A DNA stretch of 25,887 nucleotides, taken from the IMG/VR virus record IMGVR_UViG_3300020045_001767, positions 1 to 25,887 of that record. The stretch is one strand, 5' to 3'. The DNA is from a virus (lineage: Duplodnaviria > Caudoviricetes). The position numbers and the translations under genes were made by a program. The notes beneath the pieces are model-generated. The model was not told the origin of the DNA, did no database searches, and saw only the letters and a program-made list of their open reading frames with translations. Positions 23,998-25,887 of the stretch are shown one piece after another; position 1 is the stretch's first letter, and each line of letters begins with the position of its first letter.

Positions 23998-24764
23998 CTA
24001 TTTTTTATTATTAACATTCCATCTGCATCACGCTTGGGAATAAATGCAATTGTACACCTGCAATTAATTACATTACCTGGACTTGCTTTTATATCTCCAG
24101 GATACTGTATATTTTGACCTCCTACAAAAAAGGGCTTTTCTAAATCTTGTTTCACGCCATTCATGTCTAAATGATCGAAAGGCGTTATTCTTGTTCTATT
24201 ATCTTGTACACTAATCCACATCTTTTGCATTACCAAATCGCTTTCTTCTGCTGCTTTCATAGCTGCAAAATTACTTGCGCTTGTAGTTTCAGTTCTTGCA
24301 ATTCTTAACGCTTGCCACTTATAAAAACTTTGCGATTTACTTATTAATGCATAAATTGCATTCTGCAAATCTACAATAGTTGCATTATCACCTAAACTAT
24401 CTTTAATAGTTTTTATAATGTCACTAGCTAATGTATCTCTTACACTTGTAATCTTTACACCGCCATCTGTAGACAAAAATAGTAAAATTTCTCTTAACAA
24501 TAACTCATTAAATAAAACATTTGCTTTTTTGACCTTTTCAATCTCTTTATTAATTCTATTACCGTGAGTAATTCCTATTGTTTCGTATAATTCACGGTAC
24601 ATAGAATATACTTGTTCTTTAGTGATGTTTGATTGAATCGTCGCTTCATAAGTACTTAACGAAACGTTATTAAATGGAATAGCACGTAACATATAACTTA
24701 CGTGCTTTTGTACGATTCTATACGCTTTTCGTTCGTATATTCTATGTAGTTTTAGGTAGTTCAT
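23994..24764 (-). CDS. Head morphogenesis protein (Mu gpF/SPP1 gp7-like)
   Basis: RIARTET, KMWISVQDNRTR..H and YPGD....NVINCRC motifs. Confidence 0.92.
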   Translation of the reverse strand: MNYLKLHRIYERKAYRIVQKHVSYMLRAIPFNNVSLSTYEATIQSNITKEQVYSMYRELYETIGITHGNRINKEIEKVKKANVLFNELLLREILLFLSTDGGVKITSVRDTLASDIIKTIKDSLGDNATIVDLQNAIYALISKSQSFYKWQALRIARTETTSASNFAAMKAAEESDLVMQKMWISVQDNRTRITPFDHLDMNGVKQDLEKPFFVGGQNIQYPGDIKASPGNVINCRCTIAFIPKRDADGMLIIKNR

Positions 24765-25887
24765 TAAATATTTGCATCATTCATTACTCCCTCGCTTACA
24801 TCGTCAATTCTTTGAACATTGGTAGGCATCCAAACAACATTCATACCGTCATCTTCTAATGTTTCATAACCAAACACCGTTCTTTTCTCATTAGGCGTAA
24901 CAGGAATTAAATTCAATGCTTCGGCTTGTATCTTCATGTCAACTTGCATTTCTGGTAATTCTGTAACGTCCCATTCAATTATAGAATTTTCATATCCTTT
25001 GAATCTTGGAATCCATGATTTATTTAAAGCATCTTGAAGTAAACACAAATTTGGCTTTATAGCGTCGGTAATTAGCTGTTTTCTCGCGTCTGAATTATCG
25101 TTATTAGATAATGCACCAGAAGTGTCTTTATTAAGTAGCTTAGAAGGGAAGTTTAAGACATTACAAATAGTATCTCTATCCCATGCTAAATAATCGAAAG
25201 GTTTTAATTCGTCTGTTGTTAGTGAAATTCTTTGAAATCCTACTTCTCCACTTGCGCCTGCTATTTTACTCAAACGTTCAGGGCTTGCATCCATTTCAAT
25301 AAGCTTCTCTTTCATTGAAGTAGCTTGCTCATTAGTCCACGGAGTACCTTTACCATAAACAAAACCAAAAGCTCCAGCAGATTGCAATGTTTTTATATTT
25401 GTGTCAATTGCAGAGTTTTGGCTGTTTATATTTCTTAATGCTGAACGTAAAGGACTCATTCCGTATAAGTGAGAACCTTGTAAATCAAAATTAGGATTCG
25501 GGTATTTGACATGTATAACATCTTCAACTTCAAATCTAATATATTGATTACCTTCTATAAGCATGTAGTAATCTATAGGGTTTTCAATAGTTAACATTCC
25601 TGCATTTGGTTTTAATACGATTTGCATTAAGTGAGCAGGTAAAGCATAAGTAAGCATTGGAATACCTTTATTAATACCATCTTTTGGACTCATTGAGTAT
25701 TGGTAATAATTGCCTGTTATATCCATGTAGGTTTCATACAAACCCCAAATGTCAGACCAAGTTTGCGTAGGATTTGGAGATTCCATAGGGAATTTAATAT
25801 CATTTGAAGAGTAGGCTTTATTCTCTAATTTTCTTTTCTTTACTTGCTGAAGCAAAGACAGGTCTCCTTTAGTTGACATTTCTATTT
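24764..25887 (-). CDS. Portal protein (N-terminus beyond the window)
   Basis: TGNYY, VIHVKY.NP, YGMSPL and TPNEKR..GYE motifs; the frame runs to the window edge. Confidence 0.92.
   Translation of the reverse strand, partial: IEMSTKGDLSLLQQVKKRKLENKAYSSNDIKFPMESPNPTQTWSDIWGLYETYMDITGNYYQYSMSPKDGINKGIPMLTYALPAHLMQIVLKPNAGMLTIENPIDYYMLIEGNQYIRFEVEDVIHVKYPNPNFDLQGSHLYGMSPLRSALRNINSQNSAIDTNIKTLQSAGAFGFVYGKGTPWTNEQATSMKEKLIEMDASPERLSKIAGASGEVGFQRISLTTDELKPFDYLAWDRDTICNVLNFPSKLLNKDTSGALSNNDNSDARKQLITDAIKPNLCLLQDALNKSWIPRFKGYENSIIEWDVTELPEMQVDMKIQAEALNLIPVTPNEKRTVFGYETLEDDGMNVVWMPTNVQRIDDVSEGVMNDANI

Noticed and set aside
8532-24117. Plus-strand ORFs inside structural genes (e.g. 8532, 9030, 10374, 11125, 11684, 12085, 12536, 14650, 14948, 16437, 16905, 17503, 23887)
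   Set aside because: They lie wholly or largely opposite confident tail and head genes and have shadow-ORF composition.

Overview
AT-rich segment of a Bacteroidota (Flavobacteriaceae-like) siphophage or prophage, almost all encoded on the minus strand. From right to left it holds the portal (partial), a Mu gpF/SPP1 gp7-like head protein, a free-standing GIY-YIG endonuclease, an HK97 prohead protease with a DUF305-like insert, and the HK97 major capsid. Next come a plus-strand three-gene moron, head-tail joining genes, tail tube, frameshifted tail chaperones, tape measure, tail-tip and fibre genes, a lysis module (holins, M15 endolysin, spanin-like protein) and small early genes. The main finding is an integron-like system at 615-3824. 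A tyrosine recombinase resembling integron integrases but lacking the IntI-specific insertion sits beside an attI-like GTT site. Five tandem cassettes (384-603 bp) follow. Each starts with GTTA+N6, ends with the reverse complement of its own start, and is closed by a ~130-bp attC-like element (a hairpin in sites 1-4, mismatched arms in site 5). All cassette ORFs are inverted relative to classical integrons and run with phage transcription toward the integrase. All calls come from reading the sequence; no database searches were run.
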